Shown here piece by piece: positions 49,509 through 60,774 of a DNA stretch of 64,000 bases (positions within the stretch are counted from its first letter, which is position 1; every line of letters begins with the position of its first letter). A program made the position numbers and the translations under genes. The notes beneath the pieces were generated by a model. The model searched no databases and was not told the DNA's origin. It saw nothing but the letters and a program-made list of their open reading frames with translations. The stretch is from assembly GCA_023205875.1 (NCBI GenBank), contig CP060759.1:1-64000 (forward strand). The letters run 5' to 3'. The DNA is from Chloropicon primus. Its lineage: Eukaryota.

Positions 49509-51455
49509 TCAGGGCAAGTCTGTCACCTCGTAATCTGGCGTGCAAGAGTAGCTTCCGCTCTTGAAGACCGACTTGTACAACCGCTCCTGCCGATCACCCA
49601 AGCCCCCCAAAGCAAAGCCGGACACGGAGCCGGGAGTGTGAAAGTGCGCGTGGGCCACGAGGGGAGGGTCGTCCAGCTCGTGTACGCCTCTGGTCTTCCC
49701 CTCACCGCCGTCCTCGTCCGTCTCCATGACCACTCTCAGGGCCGTGTTGCGCTTGAGGTTCCCCAAATTCCACCTCAACTTGCGCTCTTTCAGACTCACT
49801 TCGCAGGGGTGGGAGGACAAGAGCCTGGCGATCTCGCCCTTTCCCCTCAGCTTGAGCTGTGGAATTCCCTGGAGGGTGACGTGAAAGTTGTCCAGGGGCT
49901 GGCCGAGAAAGGGTGAGGGCGCCAGGCAGATGCTCACCACGAGCTCCTTCCTCTTGTTGTCCAGGCTGAGGCTTCTCCTGCACCAGGTGAGTTGCATCAC
50001 GAGGGGAACTTTGCAAAGATCTTTCTGCAGTTTGTACCTCACGAGTGGCGTGGCCTCCCCCGAGAAGCTCTGGGGAATTTCCTTGAAACCAAGCGCCAAA
50101 ACATTCTTTTCCCGGACGCACTTGACCCTATCCTCGCTGAGAGCGTCGTGCAGGCTGAATTGTGCTCCCTGGAACATCTCATCCTCCTCGCCCCCGTCGT
50201 CTGGGTTGGTCGCCGCCGCGGCGGAAGGGACAACCGCAAAGTCGAGGGGCTTGCCCGCATTCCTGGTGATGAGAGGGTCGGAAGCTTTGATCTCTCCAGC
50301 GACGCCGAATTTCGCGAGTTTGTTGCCGCAAAACTCAGCGTTCACCGTCTCCGCCATTTCCAGGAACTCTTCCGGAGGCACGAAGTCTTCCCTTTGCACC
50401 GTCTCGAGCGCATACGTCTCTGCCGCTCTGAGCGAGTTCCTGGGGGAGATCCTGGGGCTCGGGTAGTTGCCTTCGGCCTCATTCCACTCGATGCAGTACG
50501 AAGCCGGAATCAACCCCTGCTCGAAAGTTCCGTCCTCGTTGAAGACCTTGGCGAGGTACCATCCGTCGTCCTCGGAGATGACATCCACGACGTCCCCAGC
50601 CCACACCGTCAGCTCCTCCTCGCCATCGGCCATGAAGTCGTGAACCACCTGGTACAAGCTCTGGTTGGCCGGCCTGTTGACGCTCGTGTTGGAAAACGTC
50701 CTGCTGGTCGTCTTGAGAAGCAAGGGGCTGTTCGGCTCCTCGCTCCAGCCATCATCATCCTTCGTGAAGGTCACCGCGGGACTCGTGTCCATCCCCACGG
50801 AGGAGGTTCCGGACACCTGGCTGCCAGGGGACTGGGGCTCGACGATCTCGCTCCTGAAGCTGGGCGGCCTCAACGCGTTTGCCTCCTGCCACTTCCTCCT
50901 CGCCTCCTCGATGGGGGAGACGAACTGCTGCGGAGGCGGGCGTTCCGCGGCCGGGCCAGCCTCCTCCTCCCTGGCCGTGACATCCAGGGGCTTGTCCACC
51001 ACTGCCGCAGCGGCCGCCTGCGGTGACGTCGCCGCGACGTCACCCGCTGGCGATCCAAAGTCCTCCCAGACGGAGGAGGACGCCGCGGCCGAGGTCGTCC
51101 CTGCGTTCGACGACGCGGCAAAGGGATCGAGCAGCACCTTCTTCTTGCTCTTCTGCGAACCGGGTCGGACGACCCTGTCCGAGGAGATCGAGATCTTCTT
51201 CAAGCGATCCGACAGGCTTATCTTGCTGCTGGCGGTGGTGCTGGTGCTGGTGCTGGTGCTGCCGTTGTTGTTGTTGTTGTTGTCCTGCCGCACGGAGCCC
51301 GTCCTCGCCGTCGTTGCGACGGGTTGCGAGGTACCTGCCCCAAAGTCAAAGTCCAGTCCACCTGTTGACGCGTTCTCCGGAGGACTCTCCCTCGGGTCTC
51401 CCTCGACCCCCTCCGCCTTGGTCTTCGTAAACTTTTTCTTGAGCTTCTTGAACAT
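49509..51455 (-). CDS. SH3 + mu-homology-domain-like putative endocytic adaptor
   Basis: SH3 VVHDF...EELTV...GWY...GLIPASY; DPF and WEDF motifs; beta-rich C-terminus LVRYKL...VPLVM...LRWNL...GSVSGF...FKSGSY. Confidence 0.7.
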   Translation of the reverse strand: MFKKLKKKFTKTKAEGVEGDPRESPPENASTGGLDFDFGAGTSQPVATTARTGSVRQDNNNNNNGSTSTSTSTTASSKISLSDRLKKISISSDRVVRPGSQKSKKKVLLDPFAASSNAGTTSAAASSSVWEDFGSPAGDVAATSPQAAAAAVVDKPLDVTAREEEAGPAAERPPPQQFVSPIEEARRKWQEANALRPPSFRSEIVEPQSPGSQVSGTSSVGMDTSPAVTFTKDDDGWSEEPNSPLLLKTTSRTFSNTSVNRPANQSLYQVVHDFMADGEEELTVWAGDVVDVISEDDGWYLAKVFNEDGTFEQGLIPASYCIEWNEAEGNYPSPRISPRNSLRAAETYALETVQREDFVPPEEFLEMAETVNAEFCGNKLAKFGVAGEIKASDPLITRNAGKPLDFAVVPSAAAATNPDDGGEEDEMFQGAQFSLHDALSEDRVKCVREKNVLALGFKEIPQSFSGEATPLVRYKLQKDLCKVPLVMQLTWCRRSLSLDNKRKELVVSICLAPSPFLGQPLDNFHVTLQGIPQLKLRGKGEIARLLSSHPCEVSLKERKLRWNLGNLKRNTALRVVMETDEDGGEGKTRGVHELDDPPLVAHAHFHTPGSVSGFALGGLGDRQERLYKSVFKSGSYSCTPDYEVTDLP

Positions 51456-52065
51456 GGTTCCCGCCTCGAACACCAACACCAACACGAACACGTCTTCCTC
51501 TTCCTCTTCCTCTTCCTCTTCCTCTTTTCAAAAGAGAACGAAAAGAAAACAAAAGAACGAACGAACGAGCGAACGCGCGAACGAGGTACTCGGTCGTCCC
51601 AATGCCCCCTCCCTCCTCCCTCCTCCCCTCTGATCGATCGCGATCGTCGTTAACGTAACGCCTCCCTCCTCCGCTCCCCTCTGATCGATCGCTCGTTTCT
51701 TTGTTTTTTGTTTTTTGGAAAGGAAAACAGAGAGAGCGGGGCGAGGACGAGGACGAGGTAAGCCAAGGACAAGGACGAGGAGGACGAGGAGGAGGACGAG
51801 GAGGAGGACGAGGAGGACGAGGGACGAGGACGCTGCCAGGAACACAACACTCAACACCAAACAAGGGCTTGGCTTGTTTTTGTTTTTGTTTTGTTTTTGT
51901 TTTGTGCCGCGCAGGAGTGACGTGACGACACCGACAAGCGACCTTCGAGAGGGGCCTCGATCGTACGTACGATCATAGCATCCTTCGTTTCGTTTCGTTT
52001 CGTTTCGTTTCGTTTCGTTCCGTTCGAAGGAAGGAAGGAAGGAAGAGATCGAGTGGAGTGACGGG

Positions 52066-52580
<515 letters not shown>

Positions 52581-52911
52581 ACGAGCGAAAGGAGAGGCGG
52601 GAACTCATTCTGTTTTCTGTTTCATGTACACTAGGCTTCTTCAAGTTGCGTTGCTGTCTTTCCCCCCGGCGTCGCAAAGGGTTGTTTCACCCCTTGTCCG
52701 TGTCCGTGTCTTCGTCGTTGTAGAAGAGAGAAAGAAAGAGAGAGAGAGAGAGAGAGAGAGGAAGGGTGCAACAATCATCCGTCCACCCGCGCACGTCAAG
52801 GTCTTGGCTCAATTAATATTACAAAAAACGATTTGCCGGGGTGCTTATTCGGAGAGAAGAGAGTTCACCGTCCTTTTTGTACTGCGCTCGCCCAACCCCC
52901 CGCCATTCTTC

Positions 52912-54036
52912 TCACGCCAAGACGTTCAGCGCCTCCAGCATCTTCGTGTGCAGGGGTGCCGGGTCCTGAGCCCCGCTCTTCAGGGCGTTCTGAGAGATGT
53001 CGTAGAAGAAGCCGTTCCTCCATGGAAGCTCCTTCACTGCGGTTGGGAAGTGAGCCACGGACCTGCCGTACGCCACGAGCCTGTCCACCAGAGCGGGAGG
53101 GAAGTTGCATCCGTAGTTGGAAGAGATCACCCCAGCGAGCTCGTTGATGACCTCGGCGAGCTGGTCCCTGTGGTTGTCGCAGACCGCTCCCACCGTGCAC
53201 CCTCCGTTGCTCGCGCCCACGATCATGAAGGAAGAGATCCAGATGAGCTTCTCGTACATGCGGACGTCGTAGTCCTCCTTGTTCAGCACGTGGCAGCTCA
53301 GGTCGCTGAGATGGAGCCTCTCCGCGACCTCTTCCGCCCACTTCCCCGTGATGCTCGTCAGACCCTCCGGGTTGAGCTCCGTCTTGCCGTCCGTGGGCTT
53401 CTCTCCCGCCCTCGCGACGGCAAAGTACGCCAGCATCTGCGAGCAGTTCTGAAGCCCCATCTTCTCCAGCCAAGGCTGCAGGACCCCGTTCTGCAGGAAG
53501 ACCAAATCCTCCCACCTTCCCGGCGGGATGCCGTACACGACGTCCTCGAGCACGTCATTGCGGGTGCAGACGACGATGGGGCACCTCCCCTCCAAGTCCG
53601 ACGGGAACTTGTCCCCCCTCTTGAGGACCAGATCGACTCCGTTTCCCATCTCCGCCAGGGCCTGGCCGACGCGTCCCGCGCCGACGATCACAATGGGCTG
53701 GACCTTGGACTTGCTCGCCCGCTTCGCCCCTCCGAAGCCCTTTGGCTTCTTCTTCGTCGTCGTCATGGCCTTTGGCTCGACCTCCTCGACCTTCTCCTCG
53801 ACGGCGACCTCCTCCTCCTTTGGCTTCTCCTCCTTTGGCTTCTCCTCTGAGAACTTAAAGAGCATGGACCCGTCGTTCCCCGTCTCCCTGGACACGCAGT
53901 ACAGTTCCTTCCCCTGGCTCCCGGCCCTCAACCCCTTCGCTTGCCTCCTCCCTCTCCCTCTGGCCACCCCTCCCTTCCCTTGCCCTCCCACTCTCCCTCC
54001 TGGACTCCACGTTGTCGTCACTCCCAAACCCTTCAT
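52912..54036 (-). CDS. Conserved plant/algal Rossmann-fold protein (ketopantoate-reductase-like), probably plastid-targeted
   Basis: IVGAGRVG, VCTRND, DLVFLQNG, EKLIWI, HFPTAVKE..WRNGFF. Confidence 0.78.
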   Translation of the reverse strand: MKGLGVTTTWSPGGRVGGQGKGGVARGRGRRQAKGLRAGSQGKELYCVSRETGNDGSMLFKFSEEKPKEEKPKEEEVAVEEKVEEVEPKAMTTTKKKPKGFGGAKRASKSKVQPIVIVGAGRVGQALAEMGNGVDLVLKRGDKFPSDLEGRCPIVVCTRNDVLEDVVYGIPPGRWEDLVFLQNGVLQPWLEKMGLQNCSQMLAYFAVARAGEKPTDGKTELNPEGLTSITGKWAEEVAERLHLSDLSCHVLNKEDYDVRMYEKLIWISSFMIVGASNGGCTVGAVCDNHRDQLAEVINELAGVISSNYGCNFPPALVDRLVAYGRSVAHFPTAVKELPWRNGFFYDISQNALKSGAQDPAPLHTKMLEALNVLA

Positions 54037-54431
54037 CACAACAAACAAAACAAAACAAAACGAAACGAAACAACGCACACCTCACGCCCTCCTCCTCGTC
54101 CTCGTCCCCGTCCTTGTCCTTGTCGTGGTCGCGGTCGTTGGTTGCGCTCGAGCCAAAGGGCGCCGCTCCTCAATCTCGATCTCGTAATCTCCCGCCAATT
54201 TGGATAAGATGATAATCTTTTGTCATCCAATGATGAACCCTTCGCTCCCCTTCCCCTTCACCACGACCACAACCACGACCACGACCAGGACCACGACCAG
54301 GACGAGGAGGAGGACGGAAGGAATCCGATCCGCGTGCTAGACCGTGGGACCCACTGCCGGCGGGATCAACACAACGCAAAACACAGGCTGTGGTTCGCAT
54401 TCATTCGATTGGGTGGGATGGAGAGGAGAGG

Positions 54432-55871
54432 ATGGGGGTGATGGGATACTATGACGCCAAGAAGGGATTGTGGACGACTTCGCGGGGTCACAATCGGCTT
54501 CACCACATGAAAATGCGTCCTTCCGTCCGAGCGGGCATCCGTGCGCGTGCTCTCTCCTCAGGAGAGGAGGCCATGTCGCCGAGCAGCAGGCTGAGGAGGC
54601 TTCTGCACGAGTCGTCCGAGGCTCTGGCCTGCCCGTGCTGCCACGACGCGCTCAGTGCCAAGCTTATCGAGAGGGCAGGCTTCGAGGTTGCTTTCGTTTC
54701 GGGATTCACGACGTCGGCGTCCCGGTTGGGGGCCCCGGACGCGCAGCTCATCACGTACAGCGAGATGCTGGACGAGTCCAGGGCCATGAAGGAGGCGACG
54801 AAGGAGCTATGCTTGATCGTGGACGCGGACAACGGGTACGGGAACGTCTTGAACGTGCGGAGGGCGGTTGAGGGGTACGCCCGCGCGGGAATGGCGGGCA
54901 TCCTGCTCGAGGACCAGGTCAACCCGAAAAGTTGTGGCCATGTGCTCGACAGGAAAGAGGTGGTCTCCAGGGAGGAGTGTGTGGCCCGTTTGAAGATGGC
55001 CACGGACACGAGAGACGAGATGGGATCGCGCCCGGTGGTGATCGGGAGGACCGACGCAAAGCGCGCCGAGAGCATGGAAGAGGCCCTGTGGAGGGTTGAG
55101 GCCTTTTTGGATCTGGGGTGTGATGCCGTCTTCGTCGACGCCCTCGAGACGAGGGAGGAGATGAACCAGGTCGCTGGACTGGTTCGGGGGGCTAGGGCGC
55201 GGGGCCAGCAGGTCGTGGCCATGGCGTCCCTGCTGGAGGGCGGGGTGAGTCCGACAAACTTTTCCTTGGAGGAGCTCCACGAAATGGGGTTCACGCTCGT
55301 CTCCTACCCCCTGAGTCTCCTGGGGGTTTCGATAAACGCCATGCAAGAAGCGCTGTTGGGGTTGAGAGAAGGACGGGTTCCGGAGCAGATTCCTCCCTTC
55401 GAGGAAATGAAAGAGATTCTTGGCTTCCCGGAGTACTTCCGTGACCTGAACCAATACACTAGAGACAGCGAGTCCTTCGTCGCTCGACGACGACGAGTCG
55501 ACGACGACAACGACGAGCCTGCCGTGGAAGCGGAAGTGCCAGGGAGGAGCGACATCGTTCTCGCCGAAGTGGTCACGACCAGCGACGAGGGGGGGGCAGG
55601 CTGGAGGGCGAACGGCCCGCTCAAGCTGCGGGTCACCAACGTGCAGACGGGAGTGAAAGAGATCGAGGTCACGCTGCCCTCTGGGGTGGGAAGGGACGTC
55701 AAGGATCTGATCAGCTTGTTGTCTAGTTTTGGGTTGAACCTCCAGGACCAGGACCAGCAGCAGCAGGAGCCGGTCACAAAGGCAGTGGGAGGGAAGGACT
55801 ATTTGATCGATTCAGTCAACGAGGGCAAAAGGATCGAGGTTTGGATCGACGACGACTCGGCATCGACATGA
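54432..55871 (+). CDS. Isocitrate lyase/PEP mutase superfamily enzyme (dimethylmalate lyase / carboxy-PEP mutase-like); start uncertain
   Basis: HDALSAKLIE, GAPD, DADNGYGN, LEDQVNPKSCGH, IGRTDA. Confidence 0.9.
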   Translation: MGVMGYYDAKKGLWTTSRGHNRLHHMKMRPSVRAGIRARALSSGEEAMSPSSRLRRLLHESSEALACPCCHDALSAKLIERAGFEVAFVSGFTTSASRLGAPDAQLITYSEMLDESRAMKEATKELCLIVDADNGYGNVLNVRRAVEGYARAGMAGILLEDQVNPKSCGHVLDRKEVVSREECVARLKMATDTRDEMGSRPVVIGRTDAKRAESMEEALWRVEAFLDLGCDAVFVDALETREEMNQVAGLVRGARARGQQVVAMASLLEGGVSPTNFSLEELHEMGFTLVSYPLSLLGVSINAMQEALLGLREGRVPEQIPPFEEMKEILGFPEYFRDLNQYTRDSESFVARRRRVDDDNDEPAVEAEVPGRSDIVLAEVVTTSDEGGAGWRANGPLKLRVTNVQTGVKEIEVTLPSGVGRDVKDLISLLSSFGLNLQDQDQQQQEPVTKAVGGKDYLIDSVNEGKRIEVWIDDDSAST

Positions 55872-55999
55872 CTCGTTCGTTCGTTCGTTCCTCGCCTCGT
55901 CGTCGTAGCCGATTTGTTTCGTAAGTTGTATGTATTTTTTGAGAGCTAGTCTTGTTTGTTTATTACATTGTGTGTATTCCTCCACTGATGTGGTGTCCA

Positions 56000-56835
56000 C
56001 TAGGCCTTTGGGTACTGAGGATGCTGGCCGGGGTAACCCTGGCCAGGAACTGGGACGCCCTGGGCCTGGCCAGTGCTGTGGTTGATGGTTGGGTACTGGA
56101 AAGTCAGCCCTGGGTTCGCCGTCATCACCGCCTGAGGTGGAGCAAGCATCGGGTTGCCCTCAACGATGGGGCAGATGCACTGCATGTTCTCGTTACGGAA
56201 CTTGATCTGGTCCCTGTGCTGGGTCTGCATGCACGCGCAGACGCTGCAGTACACCAAGTCCGCGACGGCGTCTACGGTCTGCGCGGCTTCTCTGAGGCCT
56301 GGCTCGAATATGGACGCGATGTAGCACACGCAAGCGAGTCCCTGCAAGGCGACCATGGTGTTGAACAAGCAGTTGTCGCACTTGGTGTTCTCCAACTGCA
56401 TCTCGTCCTGGAGAAGGTACCTCGTCGCCAAGACGGAGTTGGGGAAGCAACAGGACACCTCCAGGCAGAGGCAGACCTCTGGGCACTGCTCCTCCTTCAT
56501 CCTTCCACTGCAGGGCAAGAGGCCCTGGCAGCAAGTGTAGAACCTCATGTCTCCGTGAAGGGCCTCCTGACGGTTCGAGTAGGACACGCAGGGAGAGCAG
56601 AAGACGGCCAAGCAGCAGAACAGAGGATTCGAAAAGCAAGCGCTCTTCATCTCCGTCTGCCAGGTGTAGCTATACTGGCCACGGTTGTTGTACATCATCT
56701 TCCTCTGCTCCAGCTTGGCCTGCAAAGAAAAGGAAAGGTCAGCACAGGGCCGCGAGGCTTTCCAACAGGAGACTGGCTCTCGAACAGAAGACTTACCTCC
56801 CTCAAACTGGGTTTGCCGCCTCCGTTGTTCATCAT
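56000..56835 (-). CDS. PLAC8-family cysteine-rich protein, copy A; intron 56720-56796
   Basis: Exon 1 MMNNGGGKPSLRE; CCLAVFCSPC, CPEVCLCLEVSCC, CACMQTQH. Confidence 0.8.
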
Positions 56836-56864
56836 CTTGTCTTGTCTTTCATGGGCGTTCTCGT

Positions 56865-57377
56865 CTCGTCTCCTACCCCCTGAGTCTCCTGGGGGTTTCG
56901 ATAAACGCCATGCAAGAAGCGTTATCGTTATTGGGGTGGAGAGAAGGACGGGTTCCGGAGCAGATTCCTTGAACCAATACACTAGAGACAGCGAGTCCTT
57001 CGTCGCTCGACGACGACGACGAGCCTGCCGTGGAAGCGGAAGTGCGAGGGAGGAGCGACATCGTTCTCGCCGAAGTGGTCACGACCAGCGACGAGGGGGG
57101 GGCAGGCTGGAGGGCGAACGGCCCGCTCAAGCTGCGGGTCACCAACGTGCAGACGGGAGTGAAAGAGATCGAGGTCACGCTGCCCTCTGGGGTGGGAAGG
57201 GACGTCAAGGATCTGATCAGCTTGTTGTCTAGTTTTGGGTTGAACCTCCAGGACCAGGACCAGCAGCAGCAGGAGCCGGTCACAAAGGCAGTGGGAGGGA
57301 AGGACTATTTGATCGATTCAGTCAACGAGGGCAAAAGGATCGAGGTTTGGATCGACGACGACTCGGCATCGACATGA
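56865..57377 (+). pseudogene. Duplicated 3' fragment of the PEP-mutase-family gene
   Basis: Copy of 55296-55871 lacking the catalytic N-terminal part and carrying indels (net 63 bp shorter). Confidence 0.8.
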
Positions 57378-57505
57378 CTCGTTCGTTCGTTCGTTCCTCG
57401 CCTCGTCGTCGTAGCCGATTTGTTTCGTAAGTTGTATGTATTTTTTGAGAGCTAGTCTTGTTTGTTTATTACATTGTGTGTATTCCTCCACTGATGTGGT
57501 GTCCA

Positions 57506-58341
57506 CTAGGCCTTTGGGTACTGAGGATGCTGGCCGGGGTAACCCTGGCCAGGAACTGGGACGCCCTGGGCCTGGCCAGTGCTGTGGTTGATGGTTGGGT
57601 ACTGGAAAGTCAGCCCTGGGTTCGCCGTCATCACCGCCTGAGGTGGAGCAAGCATCGGGTTGCCCTCAACGATGGGGCAGATGCACTGCATGTTCTCGTT
57701 ACGGAACTTGATCTGGTCCCTGTGCTGGGTCTGCATGCACGCGCAGACGCTGCAGTACACCAAGTCCGCGACGGCGTCTACGGTCTGCGCGGCTTCTCTG
57801 AGGCCTGGCTCGAATATGGACGCGATGTAGCACACGCAAGCGAGTCCCTGCAAGGCGACCATGGTGTTGAACAAGCAGTTGTCGCACTTGGTGTTCTCCA
57901 ACTGCATCTCGTCCTGGAGAAGGTACCTCGTCGCCAAGACGGAGTTGGGGAAGCAACAGGACACCTCCAGGCAGAGGCAGACCTCTGGGCACTGCTCCTC
58001 CTTCATCCTTCCACTGCAGGGCAAGAGGCCCTGGCAGCAAGTGTAGAACCTCATGTCTCCGTGAAGGGCCTCCTGACGGTTCGAGTAGGACACGCAGGGA
58101 GAGCAGAAGACGGCCAAGCAGCAGAACAGAGGATTCGAAAAGCAAGCGCTCTTCATCTCCGTCTGCCAGGTGTAGCTATACTGGCCACGGTTGTTGTACA
58201 TCATCTTCCTCTGCTCCAGCTTGGCCTGCAAAGAAAAGGAAAGGTCAGCACAGGGCCGCGAGGCTTTCCAACAGGAGACTGACTCTCGAACAGAAGACTT
58301 ACCTCCCTCAAACTGGCTTTGCCGCCTCCGTTGTTCATCAT
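57506..58341 (-). CDS. PLAC8-family cysteine-rich protein, copy B (keeps the native upstream region); intron 58226-58302
   Basis: Exon 1 MMNNGGGKASLRE; exon 2 protein identical to copy A. Confidence 0.85.
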
Positions 58342-58892
58342 CTTGTCTTGTCTTTCTTGGGCGTTCTCGTCTCGTCTCTCGCAGCAGCTTCAACACAAAA
58401 GGGAAAGAAAGTCGACCAAAGGTACCCTCTTGGACAACTGCACCAAAGTCTCTCGGCGTCTGCTGTAAGTAGTAAGTCCTCGCTCGCTCCTCGCACGCTG
58501 ACTCTTTGCGGCGTCTTTCGTTCTTCTGTTTTTGGGATCTTGGTGGGTGGTTCGAGACGAAGGGAGGCCAAAGCAGCAATGCAATGCAGGAACAATGAAA
58601 CGCATGGATGGAAAGAAAGTCTTGACTTGACAGCAGTCACCCGGGTCGATAAGCCGGCGGCAGCGTGTTTGTCTCCTCGCCCAGAGTCATGGCGCGGGCT
58701 CTCCTCCACTTCATGGCCTTCCTCACTGTTCCCCTCATCTTCTTCAAAGGGCGGTGGTGGTTGCCCTTTGACCTCTTGCGCCTCCTTGCTCTGGCGCGCC
58801 TCGACACCTCGTGGTGGTAGCTTGGGGAGGGAGGAGAAACGAAGCGCGTCAGTCGAGTCATCATTCATCGAGGTCGTGAAAACGCGGTGCAC

Positions 58893-59675
58893 CTACCTGT
58901 AATCGCCATCTTTTCCCCTTGGCCCCTCCCCCTCCCGAGCCTGTGCGCACAACCCGCAGGTGTACCGGCAGAAGCTGGACGCCGTCCCCGCGGTGAGATC
59001 GCAAAAGCCATAAAACAATTGCTCCGCGCAGGTGAATTCTCCCGCACGAGTCCTCACGTCGCAGCAACTGGGGTCTTCTGGATCGCAAAGGACGCCCTCC
59101 TCCGAATCGACGCCCTCCTCCCTTGGCACGAGGATCTCGTCCATCACCAGCAAAAGGCCGTTGCAGGCCTGGATGCTACGCAACAGTCTCGCCTCGCCGT
59201 TCAGGGTCACCCTTGTCGAGCTCGGATCCACCACCAGCGAGGAGCAGTTCTTGCAGAGCGTCTCGATCTCAAACGGCCCGCTCCCCTCCTCCAGCTCCTT
59301 GTTGCGGTAGTTGTCGTACCCCGACGTCGTGGCGACGTGGTAGCTGATCAGCTTCAAGAGCTCGATCCCGAGCAACTCGGCATCTTGGTTCGGGCCAGGC
59401 TCCTCCCCCTCGTCCCGGAGCCTCTCGAAGGCGGCGTCGATCGGCGCGAGGACCAGGTAAGGCCCTGGGCCGTCGAGGTTCTCGTCGAGGGAGAGGTCCT
59501 TCAGAGCGCGCGAGAAGAACACCAAGTCGTCCTCGTTCTCGATCCGAAAGCGCAGGGTGTCGAAGCACTTGCCGTCGCCCTGCGCCTCGGCACAACCACA
59601 AACAAGGAGGGAGACCAGCAGAAGGAGGGGGAGGAAGCGGAAGCGGTCGGTGGTGGCGCGGCACGTCATCGTCAT
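58893..59675 (-). CDS. Secreted fasciclin (FAS1) protein with a C-terminal ShK-like Cys module
   Basis: Signal peptide; GPYLVLAPIDAAF, ISYHV, CNGLLLVMDEIL; CCD...C...C...FCRYTCGLC. Confidence 0.82.
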   Translation of the reverse strand: MTMTCRATTDRFRFLPLLLLVSLLVCGCAEAQGDGKCFDTLRFRIENEDDLVFFSRALKDLSLDENLDGPGPYLVLAPIDAAFERLRDEGEEPGPNQDAELLGIELLKLISYHVATTSGYDNYRNKELEEGSGPFEIETLCKNCSSLVVDPSSTRVTLNGEARLLRSIQACNGLLLVMDEILVPREEGVDSEEGVLCDPEDPSCCDVRTRAGEFTCAEQLFYGFCDLTAGTASSFCRYTCGLCAQAREGEGPRGKDGDYR

Positions 59676-59847
59676 GGAAGGAGTAACGCCCGTGGCCGCG
59701 GCCCCCGTCTCGTCGTCCTTTCCTCTGATCGGAGGCCTCGGAAATGAACGAAAATTGGTCGAATTTTTGGCGGGAGCTCAGATGATGCTGGGGAGGACTG
59801 ACTCGGGACACAGGGGGAAAGATTTGATTGCTCGTGATGCATTGATT

Positions 59848-60774
59848 TTAGCAAGGCCTCCAGCCGGCACCCTCGTGGACGGCGCTGGACCGAGCGTCCG
59901 AGCACCAGCGTGGATCGAGGACGTAGCAGACACTTCTCGTCTTCTTGCTCCGGGCGGCATTCTCGGAGGCCCACTCCAACGCTTCCTTCTCCCAGTACTT
60001 GCCAAAGAAGTCGGCGTAACCGTAAGAGTCCGACTTCTTGTTGTCCTCGAGCTGGGAGACTGCCTCACCGATCCTGCGGCCGAAGGACTTGGCCATCGAC
60101 ACGAGGATGTCCTTGTTGAGCTCAAAGCAGCCGCTCTTCCCGGTGTTCGCGCCCCCTGACATCCCGTCCGGAGTGCACTCGCAAGCATCGCCCGAGTAGT
60201 CATCGCCCGAGTAGTCATCGCCCGAGTAGTCGTCGCCCGAGTAGTCGTAGTCGCGGTAATCTCCTGCATCATCGTCGTCGTCGTCGTCCCCGGCGGGCGC
60301 GCCGGGGGAGAGGAGCCCGTCGATCACGACCAGCGCGCCGTTGCACGTCCGAATCGTCTCCAAGGCCCTCGCCTCCCCCCCGTTCAGGAGCGTCTGGCCG
60401 CCCTCGATGCGCACGTTCACCTCGGCGCAGTCGCTTCCGCAAAGTGTCTCAAAATCCACGTCGTCGCCGGGGCGCAGCCCGAGGTACTCCTTGCTCCCCT
60501 GCAGGAGGATGTGCCCGCGGATGAGCTCCTTGAGGGAGGACTCCAGCAGCGCTCCGTCCGTGATGGACTCGAAGGCGGAGTCCAGCGGGGCAAGCACGAC
60601 GTATGGCCCGGGTCCGTCCAGAGACGCGTCCAGAGACGTCTCCCTCAACGCCTTGGAGAAGTAGGTGAGTTCCCGGTCGCTGTCGACGGCGTCCAAAACC
60701 GTTTCCCCGCACTCCTGGGCCCCTGCTCCTGCACCGAGGACGAGCACGAGGAGGAGGCCCGCAATAATCCTCAT
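59848..60774 (-). CDS. Secreted fasciclin protein with DYSGD repeats and a Cys-rich C-terminal domain
   Basis: MRIIAGLLLVLVLGAGAGA signal; GPYVVLAPLDSAF, CNGALVVIDGLL; CECTPDG...CYVLDP...WRPC. Confidence 0.82.
   Translation of the reverse strand: MRIIAGLLLVLVLGAGAGAQECGETVLDAVDSDRELTYFSKALRETSLDASLDGPGPYVVLAPLDSAFESITDGALLESSLKELIRGHILLQGSKEYLGLRPGDDVDFETLCGSDCAEVNVRIEGGQTLLNGGEARALETIRTCNGALVVIDGLLSPGAPAGDDDDDDDAGDYRDYDYSGDDYSGDDYSGDDYSGDACECTPDGMSGGANTGKSGCFELNKDILVSMAKSFGRRIGEAVSQLEDNKKSDSYGYADFFGKYWEKEALEWASENAARSKKTRSVCYVLDPRWCSDARSSAVHEGAGWRPC

Larger units (their letters stand above)
55296..58378. repeat. Tandem segmental duplication (units 55296-56864 and 56865-58370)
   Basis: Near-identical sequence at offset 1506; CTCGTCTC occurs at 55296, 56865 and 58371. 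Confidence 0.95.
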
